Part shown: in pieces, positions 1-6,466 of the stretch
Numbering within the stretch: the first letter of the stretch is position 1
How the letters are laid out: every line of letters starts with the position of its first letter
IMG/VR virus record: IMGVR_UViG_3300005748_000132
Location: 1-20,179 of that record
Strand: one strand, 5' to 3'
Origin: a virus
Lineage: Duplodnaviria; Heunggongvirae; Uroviricota; Caudoviricetes
DNA: 20,179 nucleotides
Notes under the pieces: generated by a model
The model's input: the letters and a program-made list of their open reading frames with translations, nothing else
Told to the model about the DNA's origin: nothing
Database searches by the model: none
Made by a program: the position numbers and the translations under genes

Positions 1-90
1 ATTACCAGACACCCAAGCATTACCAGACACCCAAGCATTACCAGACACCCTAGCATTACCAGACACCCAAGCATTACCAGACACCCAAGC
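1..90. repeat. 18-bp tandem repeat ATTACCAGACACCCAAGC, at least 5 copies (coding repeat)
   Basis: Units at 1, 19, 37, 55 and 73. Only unit 3 differs (A>T, Trp>Arg codon). Confidence 0.97.
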
Positions 91-228
91 ATCATTATAT
101 TGACTTAAGTTTTTTTCAGATTCTACCCAACCACCTTTTTCTTTTGTAGATAACCGTCTAATTCTAAATAAAGTTACTCCCATGAAGTTTACTTTAGTCT
201 CTGTTTTAATTAGCTCATATTTTTTCAT
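1..228 (-). CDS. Phage hexapeptide-repeat (NAWVSG)n protein, 3' end truncated by window edge
   Basis: Not in ORF track. ATG at 228 with AAGGAG RBS. Translates MKKYELIKTETKVNFMGVTLFRIRRLSTKEKGGWVESEKNLSQYNDAWVSGNAWVSGNARVSGNAWVSGNAWVSGN. The MKKYEL...LFRI...GGW.ESE.NLSQ head followed by NAxVxG repeats is a common phage protein family, predicted left-handed beta-helix. Confidence 0.85.
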   Translation of the reverse strand, partial: MKKYELIKTETKVNFMGVTLFRIRRLSTKEKGGWVESEKNLSQYNDAWVSGNAWVSGNARVSGNAWVSGNAWVSGN

Positions 229-229
229 A

Positions 230-418
230 TTACTCCTTTACCATTTCGTCAAGATATTGCATGTTAAGTTCATGAAGCTCCTTTTCAAGCTCCTTAGTTC
301 TGACACTATCCCTATCCGAGTAGACAAAGATTTTAGTTTCTAGTTCGTTGATTTTTTCTAGTAAGTAATGTTTTTCCCATGCTTTTTCTTGCTGGGTTAA
401 AATAGTTGTTAAGTTCAT
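230..418 (-). CDS. Small hypothetical early protein (helical/coiled-coil)
   Basis: ORF-track ORF 230..469. Start moved to ATG 418, which has a GGGGAA RBS; the upstream part is a promoter. Confidence 0.75.
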   Translation of the reverse strand: MNLTTILTQQEKAWEKHYLLEKINELETKIFVYSDRDSVRTKELEKELHELNMQYLDEMVKE

Positions 419-439
419 GTTTCCCCTTTTGTTACTTAT

Positions 440-469
440 ATTATAGCACATAGTGTCAAAGTTAGTCAA
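440..469 (-). promoter_or_regulatory. sigma70-type early promoter
   Basis: TTGACT-18 bp-TATAAT with a TGTG extended -10. The spacer contains the TAGTGTC heptamer. Confidence 0.75.
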
Positions 470-699
470 GTAGTTTTTGAGTAATTTCTATAATAAGTAG
501 ATTCTAAAAATTCCTTTATATGACTTGGTTTATACTTATCATAATTCATTTGACGGGTTCCATACAGCTTAAATTCCTCACTATTTTCCCACCCGTGATC
601 TTTTTCATTGTATTCTTCAAACCCTTTGGGGAGCTTCATTTCATTAGGTGCTAAACAGTAATTTCCCCAATACCATGTTTCAAAACGTACCTTTTTCAT
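466..699 (-). CDS. Hypothetical early protein
   Basis: 77-aa ORF with GAGGAG RBS, tightly packed against its neighbours. Confidence 0.75.
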   Translation of the reverse strand: MKKVRFETWYWGNYCLAPNEMKLPKGFEEYNEKDHGWENSEEFKLYGTRQMNYDKYKPSHIKEFLESTYYRNYSKTT

Positions 700-702
700 A
701 AT

Positions 703-987
703 TCACTCCTCTATGTTAAAAAGTTCTATAGTATGTTCATCTCCGTAACTATCTACAAGGTAAGTTAGACACCCTTGTTCTGTATACAACATGATATCTC
801 TATTCGCAACGCTACAATCATACACTATATATTCCTTATCGTCAACAAATACTGAAAAGTCTACTTCCACGCTTAAGCTTTCATCTGCGGTTAAACTTAG
901 CTCAATAAGGTCGTTTATATCAGTTATAGGAAGCTTGTAAACTCGACCAGTTTCTGAATCTCTCATTAATTTGATTTTGTTGCTCAT
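703..987 (-). CDS. Hypothetical acidic early protein
   Basis: 94-aa ORF with GGGG RBS, directly downstream of the promoter at 1015-1043. About 21 D/E versus 7 K/R. Confidence 0.8.
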   Translation of the reverse strand: MSNKIKLMRDSETGRVYKLPITDINDLIELSLTADESLSVEVDFSVFVDDKEYIVYDCSVANRDIMLYTEQGCLTYLVDSYGDEHTIELFNIEE

Positions 988-1014
988 ATTTTCCCCTTGT
1001 CAGTTCCTATAATA

Positions 1015-1043
1015 AGTATAACACACTGCGTTAAATATTGCAA
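1015..1043 (-). promoter_or_regulatory. sigma70-type early promoter
   Basis: TTGCAA-17 bp-TATACT with a TGTG extended -10. Confidence 0.7.
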
Positions 1044-1102
1044 CAACTTTTTTACTTATTTTGTAAATATTTACTACGGAAAAGCTACGGATATAGTAAA
1101 CC

Positions 1103-1131
1103 TTGACAATAAACTAGGTTTATGCTATAAT
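1103..1131 (+). promoter_or_regulatory. Perfect-consensus sigma70 promoter, divergent from the 1015-1043 promoter
   Basis: TTGACA-17 bp-TATAAT with a TATG extended -10. Confidence 0.85.
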
Positions 1132-1212
1132 TCACTAAATGCTTGAAAATAGAGCTATATTGAAATTAGATAGTTATTATCTAAAAATTGTATAGGTATA
1201 AATAACTTAATA

Positions 1213-1225
1213 TTGACAACTATAT
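1213..1225 (+). promoter_or_regulatory. Candidate phage late-promoter motif TTGACAACTATAT
   Basis: Identical 13-mer also at 12146 and 15845, with variants at 8608 and 17712. Each is upstream of a + strand gene. Confidence 0.6.
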
Positions 1226-1240
1226 AAGGAAAGGAAACTT

Positions 1241-1441
1241 ATGTCAAAGCTTGATCACGGTAAAAGAAACAAACTAGAAAAGTTAAGACGACAAAGTGGT
1301 GAGAGAGTTTACAAGCCTAAAAAAGCTACAAGTAAACAAAAAGAGTTGATGAAAAAACTAGGCATTAAATTTGAACCAAACATAAATAGAAAAACCGCTT
1401 CATTAAAAATTAGTGAGGTTTTAAATAAAAAGAACGTATAA
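1241..1441 (+). CDS. Small basic protein, possible nucleic-acid binder
   Basis: 66 aa, AAGGA RBS, very K/R-rich. The C-terminal ATSKQKELMKKLG...TASLKISEVL resembles the AT.KQ...L..LG....AS..I small helical motif (DUF3072-like). Confidence 0.75.
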   Translation: MSKLDHGKRNKLEKLRRQSGERVYKPKKATSKQKELMKKLGIKFEPNINRKTASLKISEVLNKKNV

Positions 1442-1755
1442 GACCGACGACCGTTAAAAATGACCGAAAGGAAGGAAACGACCGAAAGGCTAAGAGGATT
1501 CAGGGCGATACTAAACAAAAGAAGTTTAGGGTAGAATTAAAGCTGAAATACTTTAATACTGAATACTAGATTAGGAAAGCCAGAACTAACTAGCGGAAAG
1601 CGTTGCTCTAAGTACTTGAAATTCACAAGCATTTTACTACGGGAATTAAAGATAAGTAGTAACATGAAAACAACCACTTAGCATATTCGCCACACTAAGA
1701 GGTAAAGTTTTCTATACCCAAAATTCAACACTAATTACTTTACCGAATCACCACA

Positions 1756-1842
1756 CTAACCTAGTAACAACCTCAACACTATAACAAACAACCCAGCAAA
1801 ACAACATTGCATAACCAAGTGAATAAGTTTATAATCTGACAC
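1756..1842 (-). CDS. Putative 28-aa membrane peptide
   Basis: Below ORF-track cutoff. AAGGAG RBS 6 nt before GTG; MSDYKLIHLVMQCCFAGLFVIVLRLLLG has one hydrophobic segment. Confidence 0.45.
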   Translation of the reverse strand: MSDYKLIHLVMQCCFAGLFVIVLRLLLG

Positions 1843-1967
1843 TAAATACTCCTTTTGTGAACACTACTATAAGCAAGTAGTAATAGTTTATAAAAATGCA
1901 ACACTACAAATTCCATTTCGTAGCATTGCGATATAGTAACCTGTTATGAGAGAGAGTGTATAACAGG

Positions 1968-2174
1968 CTAAAAATTAGTTAAGATTTTAGTACGTAAATG
2001 AATGTTAATGTTTATAGTACTTTCAACGTTTTCTAGACCCCTGAGCACCCTACCATATTCTTCACCACCATCCCACTTAGTAACCGAGACTGGTATCCTA
2101 TCAATACTATTTATTAACCTAGTCCTTTCAGCTCGTAACTCGTTTAACCTCTTATCAATTTCCTGTATTGTCAC
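1968..2174 (-). CDS. Hypothetical early protein (N-terminal coiled coil)
   Basis: 68-aa ORF, GTG start, strong AGGAGG RBS. Confidence 0.75.
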   Translation of the reverse strand: MTIQEIDKRLNELRAERTRLINSIDRIPVSVTKWDGGEEYGRVLRGLENVESTININIHLRTKILTNF

Positions 2175-2369
2175 AATTTACCTCCTAAATAAATATTATT
2201 TACTACAAAGCTCTCACAAGTCTTATACGCCATTTTAGTTCCAACCCTACCTTAGGTATAGACCTAGGTACTAGAAGCTCACCTCAGCTAAATTAGCTAC
2301 CAATTAGAGCCTGATATAACTTAGTTCTAGTAGTGTCGTAGTTTACTCCTATTAGTTATTTCTTAATAT

Positions 2370-2753
2370 TTATATGGTCCAGTATTCACCATTGACAACA
2401 CTATAAGCATATAAGTTACTTACATCATTAACCTGCTTGAACTTACCTAGTACTTCAGTCTTACCATTTTGGTATAATAAAGAAGCTTCTCCTTTATAGT
2501 CTCTGACAAGTATACTCTCTTGATCAAAGCTCTTGAAAGCAAAGTCCTTAATAGCTTCAAATTCTTCCTCGTTCTTAAATATCACCATAAAGCTTTCTTC
2601 CGTACTCCCCTTGTAGCAGCCCTGTATTTGCTTATAAGGTAGTTCTAGCTCTTGTAACATGGAATCTAGTAGCTCTGTACGTTGGTGGTTATTTCTAGCT
2701 GATAAAGTGCTTAATTCTGCTGATAAGATGATAAATTCTTTTAGTTGTTTCAT
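2370..2753 (-). CDS. S-adenosylmethionine lyase/hydrolase (T3 gp0.3 SAMase-like), anti-restriction
   Basis: Collinear motif matches to T3 SAMase as recalled: FIILSAE..L...N..R (T3 VLVSAF..L...N..R), GCYKG..EE (GCYRE...EE), FDQESILV (WEQDCVLV), ASLLY (AGLVY), LGKFKQV (PGSFQEV), NGEYWTI (GRRWQV). Positioned directly behind an early promoter. Confidence 0.8.
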   Translation of the reverse strand: MKQLKEFIILSAELSTLSARNNHQRTELLDSMLQELELPYKQIQGCYKGSTEESFMVIFKNEEEFEAIKDFAFKSFDQESILVRDYKGEASLLYQNGKTEVLGKFKQVNDVSNLYAYSVVNGEYWTI

Positions 2754-2777
2754 ATATACCCTTTTGTTTGTTTATTC

Positions 2778-2807
2778 ATCATAACACATTGCGTCATAAC
2801 CTGTCAA
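2778..2807 (-). promoter_or_regulatory. sigma70-type early promoter for the SAM lyase gene
   Basis: TTGACA-18 bp-TATGAT with a TGTG extended -10. Confidence 0.75.
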
Positions 2808-2902
2808 GCTTTATTAAACAACTTATTTAACTCATATACATAACTCTCATAAGTTATAACATTGTTTTCATAGTAGTATAATAGTTCTTGCATTGTAAAC
2901 AT
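2804..2902 (-). CDS. Putative 32-aa early peptide
   Basis: Below cutoff. AAGGGAG RBS; MFTMQELLYYYENNVITYESYVYELNKLFNKA; directly behind the promoter at 2932-2959. Confidence 0.55.
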   Translation of the reverse strand: MFTMQELLYYYENNVITYESYVYELNKLFNKA

Positions 2903-2931
2903 ATAAGCTCCTTATGCGTTGCGTCATAATC

Positions 2932-2959
2932 AGTATACCACAACTAAAATCAGAGTCAA
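2932..2959 (-). promoter_or_regulatory. sigma70-type early promoter
   Basis: TTGACT-16 bp-TATACT with a TGTG extended -10. Confidence 0.6.
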
Positions 2960-2992
2960 CACTTTTTTAAACTTTATTCACTATTCTAATGA

Positions 2993-3005
2993 TATCAAGT
3001 AGTTA
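2993..3005 (+). promoter_or_regulatory. IHF consensus site
   Basis: TATCAAGTAGTTA matches WATCAANNNNTTR exactly, in AT-rich non-coding DNA. Confidence 0.5.
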
Positions 3006-3114
3006 CTAAAATACCTTGTTATTAGTCCTTAATAAGCTCTATATAGTGTCGTGATTTATACCTATATGATAAGTAGCGTTTGGTATCTGGTGAGCATATG
3101 GAGGATGTGAGGTG

Positions 3115-3232
3115 GTAAATAGAATATGTTTAGGTAGTGGGAGCCAAGGAGTATTTTGTAAACAGGATTTGTTTAGTGGTATAGGATTTGCAGGGGGTAA
3201 ATAAGATTTGTTTATAAATAGTTTTTGTTTAG
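3115..3232. repeat. Four imperfect 19-bp dyad repeats, consensus RTAAAYA-N5-TGTTTAK
   Basis: GTAAATAGAATATGTTTAG (3115), GTAAACAGGATTTGTTTAG (3158), GTAAATAAGATTTGTTTAT (3197) and ATAAATAGTTTTTGTTTAG (3214), in non-coding DNA. Confidence 0.75.
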
Positions 3233-3253
3233 GGGAGGGTAGGGGGTAAGGGG
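3232..3253 (+). other. Canonical G-quadruplex-forming sequence
   Basis: GGGG-A-GGG-TA-GGGGG-TAA-GGGG: four G-runs of at least 3 with 1-3 nt loops. Confidence 0.65.
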
Positions 3254-3312
3254 ATTATGGTTGGGTTATAAAGTAGTGGTATACTGAGAGAACCATTTTC
3301 ATAACTTTACTT

Positions 3313-3531
3313 TTAATACACTATTTTCCTAATATAGTCATTCACTAACTTCTTAGTTGCTTTAACAAAACTATCAGTATTCTCAGAACTTCTAGGAACA
3401 AGCAACCTTTCTTCTCCGCAAATATTACAAGTACTTACTACTGTATGAGACTGTGCTAATAACCCATGTCTCCAGTGTGACCAATTATGATCCTCATTTT
3501 TACACTCTAATGGTAATTCAAGTTGTTTCAT
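3313..3531 (-). CDS. Hypothetical protein, possible small Zn-binding motif
   Basis: 72 aa with C..., H and CNIC residues; last gene of the leftward block before the non-coding region. Confidence 0.65.
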   Translation of the reverse strand: MKQLELPLECKNEDHNWSHWRHGLLAQSHTVVSTCNICGEERLLVPRSSENTDSFVKATKKLVNDYIRKIVY

Positions 3532-3535
3532 ATTT

Positions 3536-3736
3536 TTACAACCCTTCTATTCTTAATACACTATTTACCAACTCTACATACTTCTCAGGTAACTTAATCA
3601 TATCACCCTCTTTTTCACTCAAAGAAGCTGCTATACCCAATTCGATGCCAATATTACCCGTTTTACCAACTTTTCTAGAATAGTACACAATAGCTTTCTT
3701 TACGTCTTCTACTGGTATTTTAGTGTCAGATTTCAT
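3536..3736 (-). CDS. Hypothetical protein
   Basis: 66 aa, AGGAG RBS, ATGA overlap with the upstream gene. Confidence 0.75.
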   Translation of the reverse strand: MKSDTKIPVEDVKKAIVYYSRKVGKTGNIGIELGIAASLSEKEGDMIKLPEKYVELVNSVLRIEGL

Positions 3737-4071
3737 TTCAAATACTCCTTATCAATACTGATAACCTCAGCTTGCATGGGAGCTATTACACTATGAAGAA
3801 TCTCATCACTTACGCAATTGTTAAATATCTCTACCACATCTGCTCTAAACCCTTGTATTTTATGAGGATACTCTTCTATGTTATCTCTGTAATATATCCT
3901 ATAGTTACCAAATTGTAAATACATATCAGACTTATTCGCGTATAATTCGTTACTCAACCTCTTGAAATAACTACAATCTTGTTCAAATGCTTCTTTTGAA
4001 CCTATCGATTCAGAAGTTCTCTTTCTTGTAGGATATAACTTTAGTATTATTTTAGTGTCAGATTTTTTCAT
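3733..4071 (-). CDS. Hypothetical protein
   Basis: 112-aa ORF with GGAG RBS in a tightly packed operon. Confidence 0.75.
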   Translation of the reverse strand: MKKSDTKIILKLYPTRKRTSESIGSKEAFEQDCSYFKRLSNELYANKSDMYLQFGNYRIYYRDNIEEYPHKIQGFRADVVEIFNNCVSDEILHSVIAPMQAEVISIDKEYLK

Positions 4072-4077
4072 ACTCTG

Positions 4078-4368
4078 TTACTCCAACTTCTTTATCAAGT
4101 CCTCTAAAGCCTGCTCCTCCCAATCTTCAGGTGATCCCGGAGGACAATGGTTATCTAATTCTATATTCATCACTTTTAATTTTACTACACTATTTACAAA
4201 TAGTTGAAAAAAATCTTCCATCTCTACTAATTTTAGTAACTTAGGAGGTTTTATATAGTCGCGTTTCCAAAATGGAGTACTGACTATTTTACCCTCTTCA
4301 TATATAGCTATTTTCTTATGTATAGGGAATATATTGATAAAATAGTTCCCAGTATCTAGATTTTCCAT
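4078..4368 (-). CDS. Hypothetical protein
   Basis: 96 aa, GGAGAGG RBS. Confidence 0.75.
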   Translation of the reverse strand: MENLDTGNYFINIFPIHKKIAIYEEGKIVSTPFWKRDYIKPPKLLKLVEMEDFFQLFVNSVVKLKVMNIELDNHCPPGSPEDWEEQALEDLIKKLE

Positions 4369-4408
4369 ACCTCTCCATATTTTTTAAAAGCTTTAAATAG
4401 TTAATACA

Positions 4409-4660
4409 CTATATTTCTAGCATTTCTACCAATTTAGTTTCGTTTCCTACATCTATCATAATAAATTTTCTAGCTAGTAGTTTTTCACTTTCTATTATAA
4501 CATATTCTGGTTCATACTCTAATACTTCGTTATTTTCATCTTTAATATATTCCAATAGTGCTTTTATTTCATCTTTGTTTTTTATTTCCTCATTACTGAA
4601 TCTATACACCTTTTCTTTATATTCTACTACAATACTGACATTTCCTACTATTACCTTCAT
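4409..4660 (-). CDS. Hypothetical protein
   Basis: 83 aa, same orientation as the surrounding block. Confidence 0.7.
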   Translation of the reverse strand: MKVIVGNVSIVVEYKEKVYRFSNEEIKNKDEIKALLEYIKDENNEVLEYEPEYVIIESEKLLARKFIMIDVGNETKLVEMLEI

Positions 4661-4693
4661 TCTGTTAATTCCTTGAAAAGATCAAACTTGGTT

Positions 4694-4936
4694 TCATTCC
4701 TCTAAATCTCCATTCAAATAACTATCATACTCCTCTCTTGACAACACTACCATTCTATCAGTTATACTAGTCGCATACCCTCTAGCGTTCATGAACCTCT
4801 TAAACACCTCTAGTTCTCCAGAAGCGTTAGTGTCGCCGTCATTATAGATTATTTCTATACCCATCTCAGGTATCAAAGCTTCTATCTCATCGTCATACCA
4901 GCTTTCTGTCGTTGTTTTTAGAATAACTTTACTCAT
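4694..4936 (-). CDS. Hypothetical acidic protein
   Basis: 80 aa, AAGGA RBS, ATGA-coupled to the upstream small ORF. Confidence 0.75.
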   Translation of the reverse strand: MSKVILKTTTESWYDDEIEALIPEMGIEIIYNDGDTNASGELEVFKRFMNARGYATSITDRMVVLSREEYDSYLNGDLEE

Positions 4937-5091
4937 TTGTCTTCCTTTACTGGTTCTCCGACACTATTTACCCTCTCCAAAGCTTCTTTCCACCATTTAT
5001 CATACTTTTTCTTGTATTCAAATAACTCTTCAGCAGATAAGTGTCGTAGTTTTTTATTAAAAAGTTCCTCTAGTTCGTCAATCGTTGCCAT
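4933..5091 (-). CDS. Hypothetical 52-aa protein
   Basis: Below cutoff. MATIDELEELFNKKLRHLSAEELFEYKKKYDKWWKEALERVNSVGEPVKEDK; GAAGGT RBS; its stop overlaps the next start (ATGA). Confidence 0.7.
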   Translation of the reverse strand: MATIDELEELFNKKLRHLSAEELFEYKKKYDKWWKEALERVNSVGEPVKEDK

Positions 5092-5166
5092 AAATACCTT
5101 CTCAGAAGCCCATATTTAGCTTATATGAGCTTTTAACCCCTAAACCCAGCTTACCATACCAGTTTA

Positions 5167-5379
5167 TCACTCCGAGTCCTTAGAGAGCCATTTACGAGCT
5201 TCTGAGCGTATGTCGTCTATATTGGTTTCTGTAGTGTCCTCGTTTTCAATTTCCTCAGAAAAGAAGTCTTCTAGGAATTTTATAGCTTTAGAAGCTGGTA
5301 AGTTAGTGATATCACCTGTTTTAGGGTTACGAATTAGTAGTCTTCCGTTATCTAAGCGTCTTATCATTAGGTCGAACAT
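5167..5379 (-). CDS. Hypothetical protein
   Basis: 70 aa, TAATG overlap with the upstream gene. Confidence 0.7.
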   Translation of the reverse strand: MFDLMIRRLDNGRLLIRNPKTGDITNLPASKAIKFLEDFFSEEIENEDTTETNIDDIRSEARKWLSKDSE

Positions 5380-5618
5380 TAGTCTCTCACTTTTAGTATT
5401 ACTGAACCATTTATAGTATTCATAGTAATTTCTCTAATCAATCTAGAGTGTCCGTCTTCGTCAATTTCGTAAGGATCTTGTCCGTCAGAAGCTAATATTT
5501 GTATCATCATACCGGGTTCTATCATAAAGATAGGAGTTATTCCAAATAAAAAATTCTCTGATAGATCTGACATAAGCTGTTCACATATGTCTATGAACTT
5601 ATCTTCTGGTTTTATCAT
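5379..5618 (-). CDS. Hypothetical acidic protein
   Basis: 79 aa, GAGGA RBS. Confidence 0.7.
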   Translation of the reverse strand: MIKPEDKFIDICEQLMSDLSENFLFGITPIFMIEPGMMIQILASDGQDPYEIDEDGHSRLIREITMNTINGSVILKVRD

Positions 5619-5802
5619 ATTCGTTCCTCACTTTTACTGTTTTCAATGTTTTATCTTCGTAATAGCTTCTTACAATTAAAGCTATTGTAGTAGTATAACA
5701 TAGTGTTTGGAAAATTGCAACACTAAAACTCTCTCCTGTACCAGATAATACCAAAGTTAGTAGTGTCAGAAAAGCTGCTAGGACTATTTTGAACCTTACC
5801 AT
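5599..5802 (-). CDS. Small membrane protein with two hydrophobic segments
   Basis: ORF-track 5599..5814; start moved to ATG 5802 (GAGGGAG RBS). Segments IVLAAFLTLLTLVLSG and FSVAIFQTLCYTTTIALIV are hydrophobic. Confidence 0.7.
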   Translation of the reverse strand: MVRFKIVLAAFLTLLTLVLSGTGESFSVAIFQTLCYTTTIALIVRSYYEDKTLKTVKVRNEYDKTRR

Positions 5803-6023
5803 ACTCCCTCGCAACGAAATTTCTCTGAAGTAGTGTCGTTATATGGGTCTTTGCGGTCAATATAGAACCTACACATTTCATTATCTGTACCGAAGTAGTT
5901 GATATCCTTACAAACTTTAATATTTTCTGTAAAATGGCGACAATAGTTCACTTTTCCGTCAGGTAAAGTGGTAGTACAGCCTGTAAGTAGTAGTAAAATG
6001 GTTAAAATCAGCTTATTCACCAT
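5796..6023 (-). CDS. Small Cys-rich lipoprotein
   Basis: MVNK-LILTILLLLTG-C: basic N-region, hydrophobic core and a lipobox (LTGC), plus four further Cys residues. Confidence 0.75.
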   Translation of the reverse strand: MVNKLILTILLLLTGCTTTLPDGKVNYCRHFTENIKVCKDINYFGTDNEMCRFYIDRKDPYNDTTSEKFRCEGVW

Positions 6024-6201
6024 ACTTTACCCCTCGCTTAGCAGCTTCTAGCAACTTCTCGCTTATAATACTGATTTTACGTAATATGAACTGTTTAGTG
6101 TCGGGTTCTATGTCGAAATCATTTAAGGAAGCTATGAGTTCTTCTCTGTATGCTTCGATTTTCTTAAGTTCTTCTGGGTCTTCAAATGGTCTAAATTCCA
6201 T
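6013..6201 (-). CDS. Hypothetical helical protein
   Basis: 62 aa, AAGGA RBS. Confidence 0.7.
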   Translation of the reverse strand: MEFRPFEDPEELKKIEAYREELIASLNDFDIEPDTKQFILRKISIISEKLLEAAKRGVKYGE

Positions 6202-6260
6202 TACTTTTCCTTTCTAACATTATTTTCGTGATAGTAACAATTTTATGTTAGGATCACTTT

Positions 6261-6428
6261 TCATTCTATCTCCAATAGGGTATTTACCTTTAAAGGTACG
6301 TAATAAGCTACTGTACCGTATATCACCTGTCTTCTGTGTATCTCAGAGACTATTTCGTAGATGGTTCCTTTGAAGGTGATTTCTTCTCCAGAGTCTACTT
6401 CTACGAATACTATCTCTACTTGTTCCAT
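6261..6428 (-). CDS. Hypothetical protein
   Basis: ORF-track 6261..6446; start moved to ATG 6428 (AAGGTGA RBS). Lies behind the promoter at 6467-6495. Confidence 0.7.
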   Translation of the reverse strand: MEQVEIVFVEVDSGEEITFKGTIYEIVSEIHRRQVIYGTVAYYVPLKVNTLLEIE

Positions 6429-6437
6429 GTCACCTTT

Positions 6438-6459
6438 TAGTGTCAAAATCGCGACACTA
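6438..6459. promoter_or_regulatory. Operator-like inverted repeat TAGTGTC-N8-GACACTA
   Basis: Two heptamers in inverted orientation lying between a consensus promoter and the RBS. Confidence 0.55.
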
Positions 6460-6466
6460 CTTGACG

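Noticed and set aside
1-90. Tandem repeat as a CRISPR array
   Set aside because: There are no spacers; the units are contiguous 18-mers that encode an in-frame hexapeptide repeat.
1940-1967. Hairpin CCTGTTAT/ATAACAGG after the 1968..2174 gene as a terminator
   Set aside because: The stem is real but there is no U-tract on the transcribed strand, so its function is unsupported.
4933-5091. Possible frameshift at the T6/A5 runs
   Set aside because: Careful reading gives a single intact 52-aa frame.
5599-6023. Spanin pair
   Set aside because: The gene order is reversed, the TM protein has two hydrophobic segments and no long periplasmic coiled coil, and the genes are in the early block with no endolysin in the window.
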